Origin: Clostridiaceae bacterium
GTDB taxonomy: Bacteria; Bacillota; Clostridia; Lutisporales; Lutisporaceae
DNA length: 32,000 bases
Direction: 5' to 3'
Assembly (NCBI GenBank): GCA_029983695.1
Contig: JASBZB010000010.1
Span: 79,067-111,066, forward strand
Below are positions 1 to 9,325 of the stretch, one piece after another; position 1 is the stretch's first letter, and every line of letters starts with the position of its first letter. Under the pieces are notes generated by a model that saw nothing but the letters and a program-made list of their open reading frames with translations, was not told where the DNA came from and did not search any database. The translations under genes and the position numbers were made by a program.

Positions 1-472
1 GCAAAATCTGGGCAAGCCCAAGGCATTGGCGGCTTTGGAGAGGATGAAGCTGGTCAATCCGGATGTAGAGCTTCTGCCTGTAATGAATATAATAGATGAA
101 AATAATGCCGGGATCATGCTAAAAAAAGCCGAAGTGGTCATCGATGCTCTGGATAATGTGAGCGGCAGAATGATATTGCAGCAATCCTGCGAGGATCTTG
201 GAGTGCCCTTGGTTCATGGCGCCATATCGGGCTGGTATGCGCAGGTTGCTACCATAATGCCCGGAGACAGGACCCTGGATAAAATATACTCAGGGCTTAA
301 CGATGCAGAAATAAAAAACCCCCTTGGAAATCCGTCCTTCACGCCTGCTCTGACGGCATCCATTGAGGTTTCTGAAGCCTTAAAGCTCCTTATCGGAAGA
401 GGAGAGCTTTTAAGAAACAAAATGCTTTTTATAAACCTTTTGGATAATAATTATGAAATCATCGAGATGTAA
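1..472 (+). CDS. ThiF/MoeB/HesA-family E1-like adenylyltransferase, C-terminal part (5' end lies upstream of the window)
   Basis: The frame is open from base 2 (QNLGKPKALAALERMKLVNPDV...), so the TTG listed at 26 is not the true start. The pattern ...VIDALDN...R..L...C....VPLVHGAISGWYAQV is typical of ThiF-like enzymes. Stop TAA at 470-472. Confidence 0.75.
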   Translation, partial: QNLGKPKALAALERMKLVNPDVELLPVMNIIDENNAGIMLKKAEVVIDALDNVSGRMILQQSCEDLGVPLVHGAISGWYAQVATIMPGDRTLDKIYSGLNDAEIKNPLGNPSFTPALTASIEVSEALKLLIGRGELLRNKMLFINLLDNNYEIIEM

Positions 473-624
473 AGGGAACGGTAACCACTGAAAGACACGG
501 AATTTTTCACGAAAAAACACAAAGAGATTTTTTATTTCATAAATTTCACATAAGTTTAATATTATCAACCCTTCAGTGATTTTTTGTGAAGCTTCAGTGA
601 CTTGACCTGGTTTCCGTCTCCCAA

Positions 625-1353
625 TTACTTCAGTAAAGAACCTGCTTCCTCATCCACTATTACTGTCAAGTCCCTGTGAAGCTGCAGCACAGAAGCAGGA
701 AGCTCAGGAGTTATAGACCCTTCCAGGGCTTTTTTTATTGCACCGGCCTTTGCTTTGCCGCTGGCCAGAATCATTATGCTTCTGCAGTGCATAATGCTTT
801 TGATTCCCATGGTGACAGCATATTTGGGCACCTTTTCAACAGAGCCGAAGAACCTGGCGTTTGCCTCTATGGTGTTTTGGTGAAGCTTCACCCTATGAGT
901 TATTCCGGCGTAGTATGATGCCGGCTCATTAAAGCCTATGTGCCCGTTATTGCCTATTCCCAGGACCATCAAATCAATCCCGCCGGCTTTTTCAATCCTT
1001 CTTTCGTAATCTCTGCATTCTTCCTCCACGTCGCAGGACATTCCATCAGGAATATTGGTCCTTTCTTTGTCTATATCTATGTGGCTGAAGAAATTATCCC
1101 TCATAAACCTGTAATAGCTGTTCTCATCTTCCTTTGGAATGCCCTCATATTCATCAAGATTAAAGGTAGTGACATCCTTAAAGGATAGCTTGCCTTCTTT
1201 GTACATCGATATAAGCTCTCTATACATGCCCAAGGGAGTGCTGCCGGTAGGCAGTCCCAAAACCGCACCGGGCTTTGATCTCATTGTATCAGCGACCTTG
1301 GCTGCCGCCAGGCGGCTTAATTCATCATAGTCACGTGCAAAAATTATATTCAT
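625..1353 (-). CDS. nagB: Glucosamine-6-phosphate deaminase
   Basis: 242 aa. The N-terminus ...GLPTGSTPLGMYRELI...FNLDEY...GIGNNGHIGFNEP... matches the NagB/6-phosphogluconolactonase fold signature. RBS AGGAG lies 8 nt upstream of the ATG. Confidence 0.93.
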   Translation of the reverse strand: MNIIFARDYDELSRLAAAKVADTMRSKPGAVLGLPTGSTPLGMYRELISMYKEGKLSFKDVTTFNLDEYEGIPKEDENSYYRFMRDNFFSHIDIDKERTNIPDGMSCDVEEECRDYERRIEKAGGIDLMVLGIGNNGHIGFNEPASYYAGITHRVKLHQNTIEANARFFGSVEKVPKYAVTMGIKSIMHCRSIMILASGKAKAGAIKKALEGSITPELPASVLQLHRDLTVIVDEEAGSLLK

Positions 1354-1428
1354 ATACGCATCTCCTATTTTATCCCCTTATTTTACTATATTAGAATAAC
1401 ATAAAGCTGACTAAAGATAAATGCTTTT

Positions 1429-2394
1429 TTAGTATAAATGGCACGCTACATGATGCCCGGTCTCTACTTCCTTAAGCTCCGGTCTTGAGCTGCTGCAAGG
1501 CTCGAAAATCTTATCGCATCTTAGATGAAAGGGGCAGCCCTTAGGAGGATTAACAGGACTGGGCACATCACCCTGAAGGATTATCCTTTTTTTCTTATTC
1601 AGCGGATCCTTGGAAGGCACTGCAGATAATAAAGCTTTGGTGTAAGGATGCAGAGGCCTTTCATACAGATTCTCCGTTTCCCCTTTTTCTACAATCTGCC
1701 CCAGATACATTACCCCCACATTGCTGCTTATATGCCGGACGACGTTCAGATCATGGGATATGAATACATATGTCAGGTTCATATCTCGCTGGAGCTTCAT
1801 CAGAAGATTCAGTATCTGTGATTGTATAGATACATCTAAAGCCGAAACAGGCTCATCAGCTACCACAAAACGAGGCTCCGTGATAAGGGCTCTGGCAATG
1901 CTTATTCTCTGTCTCTGTCCTCCGCTGAACTGATGAGGGTATCTGTCCAGGTGCTCTCTGGCAAGTCCCACTTCCTCCAGCATCCAGACTACTTTATCTT
2001 GAACCTCTTTTGAAGATAAGTTAAAATGGGTCTCCAAGGGCTCGGAAAGCAGCATTCTTACAGTCATTCGAGGATTTAGCGAACTATAAGGGTTCTGGAA
2101 TATCAACTGCATATCCTTCCGCTTTTTTCTCATTTGCTCCGTAGAGCAGCTAAGAATATCTTCTCCGTCAAATATCACCTTGCCTTCGGTGGGCTCCAAA
2201 ATTCTCAGTATGCTTCTCCCTGTTGTGGATTTTCCGCACCCGCTTTCTCCCACCAAAGCAAAGGTCTCCCGCTCAGAAACAGATAAGCTCACATCATCCA
2301 CAGCATGAACAAAGCCTACAGTTCTTTTGAAGATGCCGGATTTCACAGGAAAATATTTCTTCAAGCCTTCTACCTCAAGCAATGTTTTAGCCAT
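1429..2394 (-). CDS. Peptide/nickel-type ABC transporter ATP-binding protein (OppF/DppF-like)
   Basis: Walker A GESGCGKST, signature FSGGQRQR, Walker B VVADEP and the C-terminal oligopeptide-ATPase extension (HPYT...CPF..RC). I prefer the ATG at 2394 (MAKTLLEVEGL) because AAAGGGGGT sits 6 nt upstream. The listed start at 2412 has no RBS. Confidence 0.9.
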   Translation of the reverse strand: MAKTLLEVEGLKKYFPVKSGIFKRTVGFVHAVDDVSLSVSERETFALVGESGCGKSTTGRSILRILEPTEGKVIFDGEDILSCSTEQMRKKRKDMQLIFQNPYSSLNPRMTVRMLLSEPLETHFNLSSKEVQDKVVWMLEEVGLAREHLDRYPHQFSGGQRQRISIARALITEPRFVVADEPVSALDVSIQSQILNLLMKLQRDMNLTYVFISHDLNVVRHISSNVGVMYLGQIVEKGETENLYERPLHPYTKALLSAVPSKDPLNKKKRIILQGDVPSPVNPPKGCPFHLRCDKIFEPCSSSRPELKEVETGHHVACHLY

Positions 2395-3379
2395 TGCGGT
2401 ACCCCCTTTCATGAAGCCAGCATCTGCATTTATGTCCTTCTTCTATTTCAATCAATTTTGGAGCGGTATCCATACATATATCCAACCTTTTATCGCATCT
2501 TTCTGCAAACCTGCATCCATTGGGCATTCTATCCGCAGAGGGTACAACACCGGGTATGGAATACAAGCCTTTATTCTTGTCGCCTAAAGAAGTCACCGCT
2601 CTTAAAAGTCCAAAAGTATAAGGATGAGCGGTATTATGAAATAAAGTTACTACATCCGCCTCTTCCACTACCTGGCCGCCATAGAATACTGCTACCCGAT
2701 CGCAGGTCTCCGCTATAACACCTAAGTCATGGGTTATCATTATCACGGAAGTATCATAGGAGTTTTTCAGTTCGTTCATGAGGTCCAAAATTTGTGCCTG
2801 TATGGTGACATCCAATGCGGTCGTAGGCTCGTCAGCTATGAGAAGCTTTGGGTTGCATATGAGAGCCGTGGCTATCATTATCCTCTGAAGCATGCCGCCT
2901 GAAAGCTGATGGGGATATTCCTTCATTATCGACTCTGCCCTCGGTATTCCAACCTTTTTCAGCATTTCCAGGGCAGTCTCCTTCATTTCATTTTCACTCA
3001 AATTTGAGTGAAACCTCAATACTTCTACAATTTGGCTTTCTATATTAAAAAGGGGGTCCAATGCAGTCATAGGCTCTTGAAATATCATGGATATTTCCTT
3101 TCCCCTAATTTTTCTCATTTCCTCTCCGGTAAGCTTAAGCAAATCACAGCGCCCGTCAAATATCATTTCTCCTCTTCCTACCCTTAGGGGCGGATTTGAT
3201 AAAAGCCCCATTATGGACATGGCTGTCAGGCTCTTGCCGCAGCCCGATTCTCCAACGATACCGTAGGTTTGCTTCCTTCCTATTTCTATGTTTATGTCTT
3301 CAACCACTTTATAAGCGGATTTTTGAGTTCTCAATTCTATATCAAGGTCCTTTATTTGAAGCAAGGCACTCATGGTCAT
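2387..3379 (-). CDS. Peptide/nickel-type ABC transporter ATP-binding protein (OppD/DppD-like)
   Basis: Walker A GESGCGKS, signature LSGGMLQR, Walker B LIADEPTTALD and C-terminal HPYT...CRF..RC. The start ATG overlaps the murQ stop (ATGA at 3376-3379). Confidence 0.9.
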   Translation of the reverse strand: MTMSALLQIKDLDIELRTQKSAYKVVEDINIEIGRKQTYGIVGESGCGKSLTAMSIMGLLSNPPLRVGRGEMIFDGRCDLLKLTGEEMRKIRGKEISMIFQEPMTALDPLFNIESQIVEVLRFHSNLSENEMKETALEMLKKVGIPRAESIMKEYPHQLSGGMLQRIMIATALICNPKLLIADEPTTALDVTIQAQILDLMNELKNSYDTSVIMITHDLGVIAETCDRVAVFYGGQVVEEADVVTLFHNTAHPYTFGLLRAVTSLGDKNKGLYSIPGVVPSADRMPNGCRFAERCDKRLDICMDTAPKLIEIEEGHKCRCWLHERGYRNG

Positions 3380-4311
3380 ACCACCCCGCCTGAAGAAATT
3401 TGATTCTCAGCCATTTCAATAGCTTTGGAAACCCTTCCCCCAGAGTTCTTCAAGTATTGCTTGGCCTTTTTTGCAGGAAGTTTTGTTTTCTCCATAACAA
3501 TGGCCTCCTTAACACTCCATCCTGTATGTTCCAATAATCGAAGAGCCTCACCTTCGTCTTTGACAGAGGTAACCTTTTTTAGTATGTTCAGTGCTCTGTT
3601 TCGTAATTTAACATTTGAAGCCTGCAAATCCACCATTAAATTCATGTAGGTCTTGCCCATCTGCACCATAGTTATGGTGCTTATCATATTCAACACCATT
3701 TTCTGGGCCGTACCTGCTTTAAGCCTCGTAGATCCCGATATGATCTCAGGCCCCACTATGACTTCTATCATGACATCAGATAAATCGGCCATTGGAGACT
3801 CCGGATTGCAGGCAATGCCCACAGTGGATGCGCCAATTATCCTGCCGTATTTTAGTGCCCCAAGCACATAAGGAGTGCTGCCGCTGGCGCTTATACCTAT
3901 AAGTATATCGGAATTACTCAATCTTTCCTGTTTAAGGTATGAGACTGCCTCTTCCTCGTTATCCTCCACCCCTTCCAAAGCTTTCCTCAACGCGGTGTCT
4001 CCTCCGGCAATTATCCCCTTGACCATTTCCGGATCCGTATTAAAAGTGGGAGGGCATTCAGAAGCATCCAATACGCCGAGTCTGCCGCTGGTCCCGGAAC
4101 CGATATATATGAGTCTTCCTCCCCTATTTATGGCTGAGACCGTCAATTCTATAGCCTTAGCTATTTGAGGCAGTGCTTTTTCAACAGCAAAAGCAACTTT
4201 TTTGTCCTCCTCATTCATCAGATGGAGGGCTCCTTCTATGCTGATTTTATCTATATCTATACTGTTCTCATTTATGCTTTCTGTTATCATGTTTAATCTA
4301 TCTTCTACCAT
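3376..4311 (-). CDS. murQ: N-acetylmuramic acid 6-phosphate etherase
   Basis: 311 aa SIS-domain protein with the MurQ signature IYIGSGTSGRLGVLDASECPPTF and ...SGSTRLKAGTAQK.... RBS GGGAGAA lies upstream of the ATG. Confidence 0.92.
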   Translation of the reverse strand: MVEDRLNMITESINENSIDIDKISIEGALHLMNEEDKKVAFAVEKALPQIAKAIELTVSAINRGGRLIYIGSGTSGRLGVLDASECPPTFNTDPEMVKGIIAGGDTALRKALEGVEDNEEEAVSYLKQERLSNSDILIGISASGSTPYVLGALKYGRIIGASTVGIACNPESPMADLSDVMIEVIVGPEIISGSTRLKAGTAQKMVLNMISTITMVQMGKTYMNLMVDLQASNVKLRNRALNILKKVTSVKDEGEALRLLEHTGWSVKEAIVMEKTKLPAKKAKQYLKNSGGRVSKAIEMAENQISSGGVV

Positions 4312-4326
4312 TTCTATTCTCCCATA

Positions 4327-5166
4327 TCATAATTTCAGTTTTGGATCCAGAATATCCCTCAAACTATCCCCAAGTATATTAAATGACAGTATGGTGCAAA
4401 TGATAAATATAGCAGGGAATATAGCTGTCCAAGGAGCCAGCTCCATATAGCTCCGGCTTGCATTGAGCATGGATCCCCAAGAAGGGTTGGGCGGTTGTAT
4501 GCCTAAGCCTAAGAAGCTCATTGATGCCTCTGTCAATATGGCACCTGATAGGGCCAGAGTTACTTGCACCATAAATGGAGCCATAATATTAGGCGAAATA
4601 TGCTTCATTATTATATCAAGGGGCTTCAATCCTATAGCTTTTGCACTTGTAATATACTCCATAGATTTTACAGAAATTACAGATGCCCTAACAGTCCTTG
4701 TAAATACAGGTGTAGACACTATACCTATGGCAATCATGGTATTAGAAAGGTTCGGACCTAACACAGACACTATTGCCAGTGCTAAAAGTATCGACGGGAA
4801 TGCAAAGAGCACATCCATAAGCCTCATTATGACATTATCTACATTGCCCTCAAAGTATCCTGCAATAAGACCCAGTATATATCCGGAAGTGGCTGCTATG
4901 CCTACAGATATTATGCCTACTATGAGGGATACCCTCGCTCCGAATATCACACGGCTGAATATGTCCCTTCCGAATTCATCAGTACCGAAAATAAATTTGC
5001 TTCCCGGAGGATTTAAAATGTTTTTGGAAAACATATCCGTAGGCTCATAAGGAGCTATAACAGGAGCCAAAAGGCTCAATACAACTACAACCAGTACACC
5101 CAGCAGTCCTATCCTGCCTAGGCGGTCCTTCATCAAATTCTTCAATAAAACATGCAAACTTTTCAC
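4327..5166 (-). CDS. Peptide-type ABC transporter permease (DppC/OppC-like)
   Basis: Multi-pass hydrophobic protein with an N-terminal OppC-like segment and an EAA-type loop (EASMSFLGLG.QPP.PSWG). The start is uncertain: GTG at 5166, or TTG at 5157, which has better spacing from AGGAGG. Confidence 0.87.
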   Translation of the reverse strand: MKSLHVLLKNLMKDRLGRIGLLGVLVVVVLSLLAPVIAPYEPTDMFSKNILNPPGSKFIFGTDEFGRDIFSRVIFGARVSLIVGIISVGIAATSGYILGLIAGYFEGNVDNVIMRLMDVLFAFPSILLALAIVSVLGPNLSNTMIAIGIVSTPVFTRTVRASVISVKSMEYITSAKAIGLKPLDIIMKHISPNIMAPFMVQVTLALSGAILTEASMSFLGLGIQPPNPSWGSMLNASRSYMELAPWTAIFPAIFIICTILSFNILGDSLRDILDPKLKL

Positions 5167-5177
5167 CTCCTGCCATG

Positions 5178-6122
5178 CTACTTATAGGATATTCTCGGAT
5201 CTATATAGGTATAAAGTATATCTACTATCAGATTAACTATTACATATATGAAGGCTATGAACATTATACAGGCTTGGACAACAGGGTAATCTCTCTGGTT
5301 GATAGCAGTAAGGACCATTTGTCCCAAACCCGGCAGAGAAAAAATCTGTTCCGTAACAACAGTGCCGCCCAGCAGGGAGCCTATCTGCATCCCTATGAGG
5401 GTGATTATTGGTATCATTCCATTTTTCAGTGCATGCACAAATATCACTATCTTTTCACTTGCTCCTTTAGCCCTTACAGCCTTGATAAAATCCTGCCTCA
5501 GAACCTCAAGTATGGAGGATCTGGTCATTCTCATTACAGAACCCGACATTATAGCCCCCAGCACAAAGGCAGGCAAAATCATTATCTGCAAATTGACAGC
5601 CGGATTCTCAATAAAGCTCTCATATCCTACCGGAGGATAATAAGAAAAACCTAGGGACAAAACTAATATAAGCAGTGTCGCCAATGCAAAATTCGGTACG
5701 GATACTCCGATTAAGGACATAACCCTTACAACTCCGTCTACCCATGTATTTCTCTTTAAAGCAGAGATAATACCCAAAGGTATTGCTATTATCCAAGATA
5801 TAGCAGCTGCCAAAAGAGTAAGCTCAAAGGTTAGCTTGAATCTGCTCAGCATCTCGGGAAGTATAGGCTTGTCAGTTCTCAGTGAATTGCCGAAATCTCC
5901 CTGCAGAACTCTCGATATCCAATTCCAATATTGCTTGTACCAGGGAAGATCTAAACCAAATTGCTCCTCAAGCCTTTGCCTCGCCTCAGGGGTTTCCTCT
6001 ATACCAAGCATGCTTGATATGGCATCTCCCGGCAGCATATGCATTATCAGAAAAATGCATAGGGTTATACCTATTAAGACAGGAATGAGCATAAGTATCC
6101 TTCTGATGATATAATCCTTCAA
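5178..6122 (-). CDS. Peptide-type ABC transporter permease (DppB/OppB-like)
   Basis: N-terminus MKDYIIRRILMLIPVLIG, ...LPGD..., LGLD.P...QY and a C-terminal ...DILYTYIDPRI tail, all characteristic of DppB/OppB permeases. TTG start. Confidence 0.88.
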   Translation of the reverse strand: MKDYIIRRILMLIPVLIGITLCIFLIMHMLPGDAISSMLGIEETPEARQRLEEQFGLDLPWYKQYWNWISRVLQGDFGNSLRTDKPILPEMLSRFKLTFELTLLAAAISWIIAIPLGIISALKRNTWVDGVVRVMSLIGVSVPNFALATLLILVLSLGFSYYPPVGYESFIENPAVNLQIMILPAFVLGAIMSGSVMRMTRSSILEVLRQDFIKAVRAKGASEKIVIFVHALKNGMIPIITLIGMQIGSLLGGTVVTEQIFSLPGLGQMVLTAINQRDYPVVQACIMFIAFIYVIVNLIVDILYTYIDPRISYK

Positions 6123-6146
6123 TTTCTCACATCCTAATGTAATAAC

Positions 6147-7700
6147 TCATTTTGATAATAATGCGATGACTACATTTTCAAAGTCTTCAGTATTGAATGT
6201 ATCCGGGTTAAATCCCTTTAACTCGGTTCTGGTGAAATAATAATCCATCGGCGATATTATAAACAAATTTGGTGAGTCATCAATAAGTATCTCCTGAGCT
6301 TTTTTATAAAGCTCCAATCTCTTTGTCTCATCCACTGTTATCTTTGCTTCTTCTGTCAACGCGTCAAACTCAGGATTGGAATATCCCCAAACGTTTGCGG
6401 AGCCTTTGGTAGAGAAGAAGAATCCCAATGCCCTGTCCGGGTCGGAGCCGGAGCCGTTTCTGCCGGCCATCATCTGATGATTCTTATTTTTCCAGGCATC
6501 TACATATTGGCCTGATTCCAGGTTTTGTATAGTGGCTTTTATGCCGATGGCTTCAAGCTGCTTCTGAAGCAATTGGGCCGTATCCCTTATATCATCATAT
6601 AAGCCTGCAGTTATCACTGTTTCAAAGCCATTTGGATATCCTGCTTCAGCCAAAAGCTGCTTGGCTTTTTCAATATTATATTGATACATTTCAGTGCTTT
6701 CCGCGTCTATGGACCATTTCTTGAGTGACGGAGGCACAGGTCCTGATACTACCGCGTTTCCTCCATATATGGTCTGCGCTATTTCCGGGCGGTTGACTGC
6801 AAGGCTTATAGCTTGTCTGACCTTCTTATTATTAAAGGGCTCTATAGTCATATTGAATCCTAAATAGCTGTATTCATTTGATTGATAGCTTATAATATTT
6901 ATATCCTTATTATCCTTTACCAAGGGTATGCTCTGAGGCGAAAGCTTTGTAATATGAACCTTGCCTGTCCTAAGCGCTGCCAATCGAGAGGACTCGTCAG
7001 GCATTATGTGGAATACTATGCCGTCGAGCTTCGGCTGACCATCCATGAAATAGCTTGGATTTTTAACCAGAGTTACATGATTGTCAGGTATCCATTCCTT
7101 AAGCATGAATGGTCCGGTGCCGCAAGCTGTCTGCATCAAATTCCCTTTTTCTTCTACCACTTCTTTAGGCACTATGGAAGCATATACGCTTGTCATGTAA
7201 GCCATGAAGGGTGCATAAGGGTCTGATAAGCTGAACTTTACAGTATATTTGTCTACTGCTTCTACACTTTGGACCTTTGAGAAATATGATCTTCCTACTG
7301 CTGCCGTATCGGGATTCAGTATTCTTTCGAAGCTGTATTTTACATCGTCGGCGGTCATTTCTCTTCCGTTATGAAACTTTACGCCTTGTTTCAGCTTGAA
7401 AATATAAGTGACATCATCGGGCTGCTTCCATGACTCTGACAGCTCAGGCTGGAATTCTCCATTCTCATCCATATCCACAAGGCTATTATATATCTTGCCG
7501 TATATCCTGATGGATGCAGCTGCCGGGACCTTATGAGGGTCTAAGCCTGCAGGTTCTCCATCAGTAGCATATTGCAGGATTTGTTCCTTTGCAGGCCCAT
7601 TGCTTTCTCCTGCCGATTGAGCGGGCTGCTTTTGTCCGCAAGCTGTAAATAAAACAGCAAATGCCAATAGAAGTGCAATAATTGATAATTTTCTCTTCAA
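6147..7700 (-). CDS. ABC transporter substrate-binding lipoprotein, family 5 (peptide/opine/nickel type)
   Basis: Signal peptide with lipobox LFTAC at the N-terminus, and a 517-aa family-5 SBP-like sequence (...W...DG.TYTFKLR.GVKFH.G...TA.DV.-like segment present as DDVTYIFKLKQGVKFHNGREMTADDV). RBS AAGGGGGA lies upstream of the TTG start. Confidence 0.88.
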   Translation of the reverse strand: MKRKLSIIALLLAFAVLFTACGQKQPAQSAGESNGPAKEQILQYATDGEPAGLDPHKVPAAASIRIYGKIYNSLVDMDENGEFQPELSESWKQPDDVTYIFKLKQGVKFHNGREMTADDVKYSFERILNPDTAAVGRSYFSKVQSVEAVDKYTVKFSLSDPYAPFMAYMTSVYASIVPKEVVEEKGNLMQTACGTGPFMLKEWIPDNHVTLVKNPSYFMDGQPKLDGIVFHIMPDESSRLAALRTGKVHITKLSPQSIPLVKDNKDINIISYQSNEYSYLGFNMTIEPFNNKKVRQAISLAVNRPEIAQTIYGGNAVVSGPVPPSLKKWSIDAESTEMYQYNIEKAKQLLAEAGYPNGFETVITAGLYDDIRDTAQLLQKQLEAIGIKATIQNLESGQYVDAWKNKNHQMMAGRNGSGSDPDRALGFFFSTKGSANVWGYSNPEFDALTEEAKITVDETKRLELYKKAQEILIDDSPNLFIISPMDYYFTRTELKGFNPDTFNTEDFENVVIALLSK

Positions 7701-7716
7701 CTCAATTTCCCCCTTA

Positions 7717-8784
7717 TTATTTTAATTGATTTAAAATTGCTTCGTGAAGCTCCTGCCTGAACGGCTGCAAATTTCTGGGCTGCCTTGTATGAAGCCTGTT
7801 GGTCAAAGTCACAGCAGCAATATCCATTTCCGGGCACAGCCATAGGGATGTCCCTGTAAAGCCTGAATGCCCGCACCCCTGAGGAAAAATTTCAGAAATT
7901 TGCCAGCCTAGTCCTCTGCCATCCTTTTGCTCCTTCATGGCTTCTTTTACAAGCCTCTCTTCAATAAGTCTTTTAGATTTCCACTCCCCACCCGTCAAGT
8001 ATAGTTGGCATATATTTGTGAAGCCGTCTGCATCTGAAAAAATTCCTGCATGGCCTGACATGCCTCCGAAATAATAGAATGCATTTCCATCATTGACCTC
8101 ACCGCAAATAGGCAAATTCTCTGTTCTCCATCCGTCAAAGCTTATATTTCTATCCTTGCACATGCTCTTTTCTATCCTGTTGCCAAACTCAGTACAAGCA
8201 ATATTCAGTTTATCCTTTGGACAATAATTCATATTATCTATACCTAAAGGTATCCTTATATACTGCTCCAATGCTTCATCCAGTCCCATGCCGGTGATCC
8301 TTTTGATCATCTCTCCCAACAGCATGAAGTTTAAATCGCTATACAATACACCCTTTACTTTTTCGGTCCTCCCGGTAATCTCATTGAGGACCTGAAGAAA
8401 ATCTCCCTTTTCGCTATAAAAAGGATACCAATCTATCAAGCCTGAACTGTGCGTGAGAAGATTTTTGACTGTCACATCCTTCAATCGTTCCGCCAATGCA
8501 GGATAGTCCGCAGCCTCAGCAAAATAATTTAGTACAGGGTCTTCAAGCTTCATTTTATTATCTGTGATCAACATCAAAGCTACCGTAGAAGTAACAATCT
8601 TTGTCAATGAGGCTGCATCAAAAACCATCTTTTCGTTTGCAGGGACCAAAACCGGTTCAAGGCTTCCATAACCAAAAGACTTCTCATAAATCATTTCTCC
8701 CCTGACGGATACCTTGCATACGGCACCGGGAAAATAACCTGCCACCATATACTTTTTAATAATGCTGTCAATCGCATTCCCCAT
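7717..8784 (-). CDS. Cytoplasmic serine hydrolase of the beta-lactamase/transpeptidase fold (peptidase S12-like), a possible AmiE-like MurNAc-L-alanine amidase
   Basis: SxxK motif (ASLTKIV), YSD (YxN-like) and HSGFTG (motif III position). No signal peptide. The fold call is solid. The amidase role is inferred from context only. Confidence 0.78.
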   Translation of the reverse strand: MGNAIDSIIKKYMVAGYFPGAVCKVSVRGEMIYEKSFGYGSLEPVLVPANEKMVFDAASLTKIVTSTVALMLITDNKMKLEDPVLNYFAEAADYPALAERLKDVTVKNLLTHSSGLIDWYPFYSEKGDFLQVLNEITGRTEKVKGVLYSDLNFMLLGEMIKRITGMGLDEALEQYIRIPLGIDNMNYCPKDKLNIACTEFGNRIEKSMCKDRNISFDGWRTENLPICGEVNDGNAFYYFGGMSGHAGIFSDADGFTNICQLYLTGGEWKSKRLIEERLVKEAMKEQKDGRGLGWQISEIFPQGCGHSGFTGTSLWLCPEMDIAAVTLTNRLHTRQPRNLQPFRQELHEAILNQLK

Positions 8785-8799
8785 GTATGGTTTACCTCC

Positions 8800-9300
8800 C
8801 TATATGAGCTTTGACATGTATATATCATCTATGTACTCTCCATCGACGTAAAGAGAATGCTTTTTTATACCTTCGATCTCAAAGCCCATTTTTCTATACA
8901 ATGCCTTGCCGGCCTCATTATTCTCCATTACAGTGAGCTCTAACCTATGTATGCCATTTTCTTTGGCCCAACTTTCAAGCTCCGTAAACAGCCTTGTGCC
9001 TATGCCCTTTCCTGCATGGCTCTGCAATATGCCTATGCTTATATGCACCATATGGGCGATACGCTTGATTTCTCTGCCTGCAGCCATCAGGTAGCCTAAA
9101 AGCTCCCCTTTTTCTTCTGCCACTAAAAGAAGCGATTTCTTATTGTTCATTATTTGCCTTATGTTTTCCCTTTGCTGCTCCGATGTAATAACTCTTTCAC
9201 CCGGTTCATAAAGCCTGAAAATAGTTTCTTCATCCAGCATATTGAATAGGTTCATGTACTTTTCGGCATCTTCAAGCCTTATGGGCCTTATATCAACCAT
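8800..9300 (-). CDS. GNAT-family N-acetyltransferase
   Basis: 166 aa. Acetyl-CoA binding motif A (QSHAGKGIGTRLF) and C-terminal ...ALYRKMGFE.EG.... RBS GGGAGGAG lies 7 nt upstream. Confidence 0.85.
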   Translation of the reverse strand: MVDIRPIRLEDAEKYMNLFNMLDEETIFRLYEPGERVITSEQQRENIRQIMNNKKSLLLVAEEKGELLGYLMAAGREIKRIAHMVHISIGILQSHAGKGIGTRLFTELESWAKENGIHRLELTVMENNEAGKALYRKMGFEIEGIKKHSLYVDGEYIDDIYMSKLI

Positions 9301-9325
9301 ATAGGCACTCCTCCCTGTTTATTAA

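Noticed and set aside
473-624. The repeated motif CTTCAGTGA (571-579 and 592-600), its inverse CACTGAAAG (487-495), and the 10-bp palindrome TGAAGCTTCA in the thiF/nagB convergent intergenic region. I considered it as a terminator, a REP-like element or an operator.
   Set aside because: The local stems are only 5 bp. The long-range pairing would enclose about 75 nt. Neither strand gives a convincing hairpin-plus-U-tract, and no second copy occurs elsewhere in the window. It is worth a motif search genome-wide but is not supportable as a feature here.
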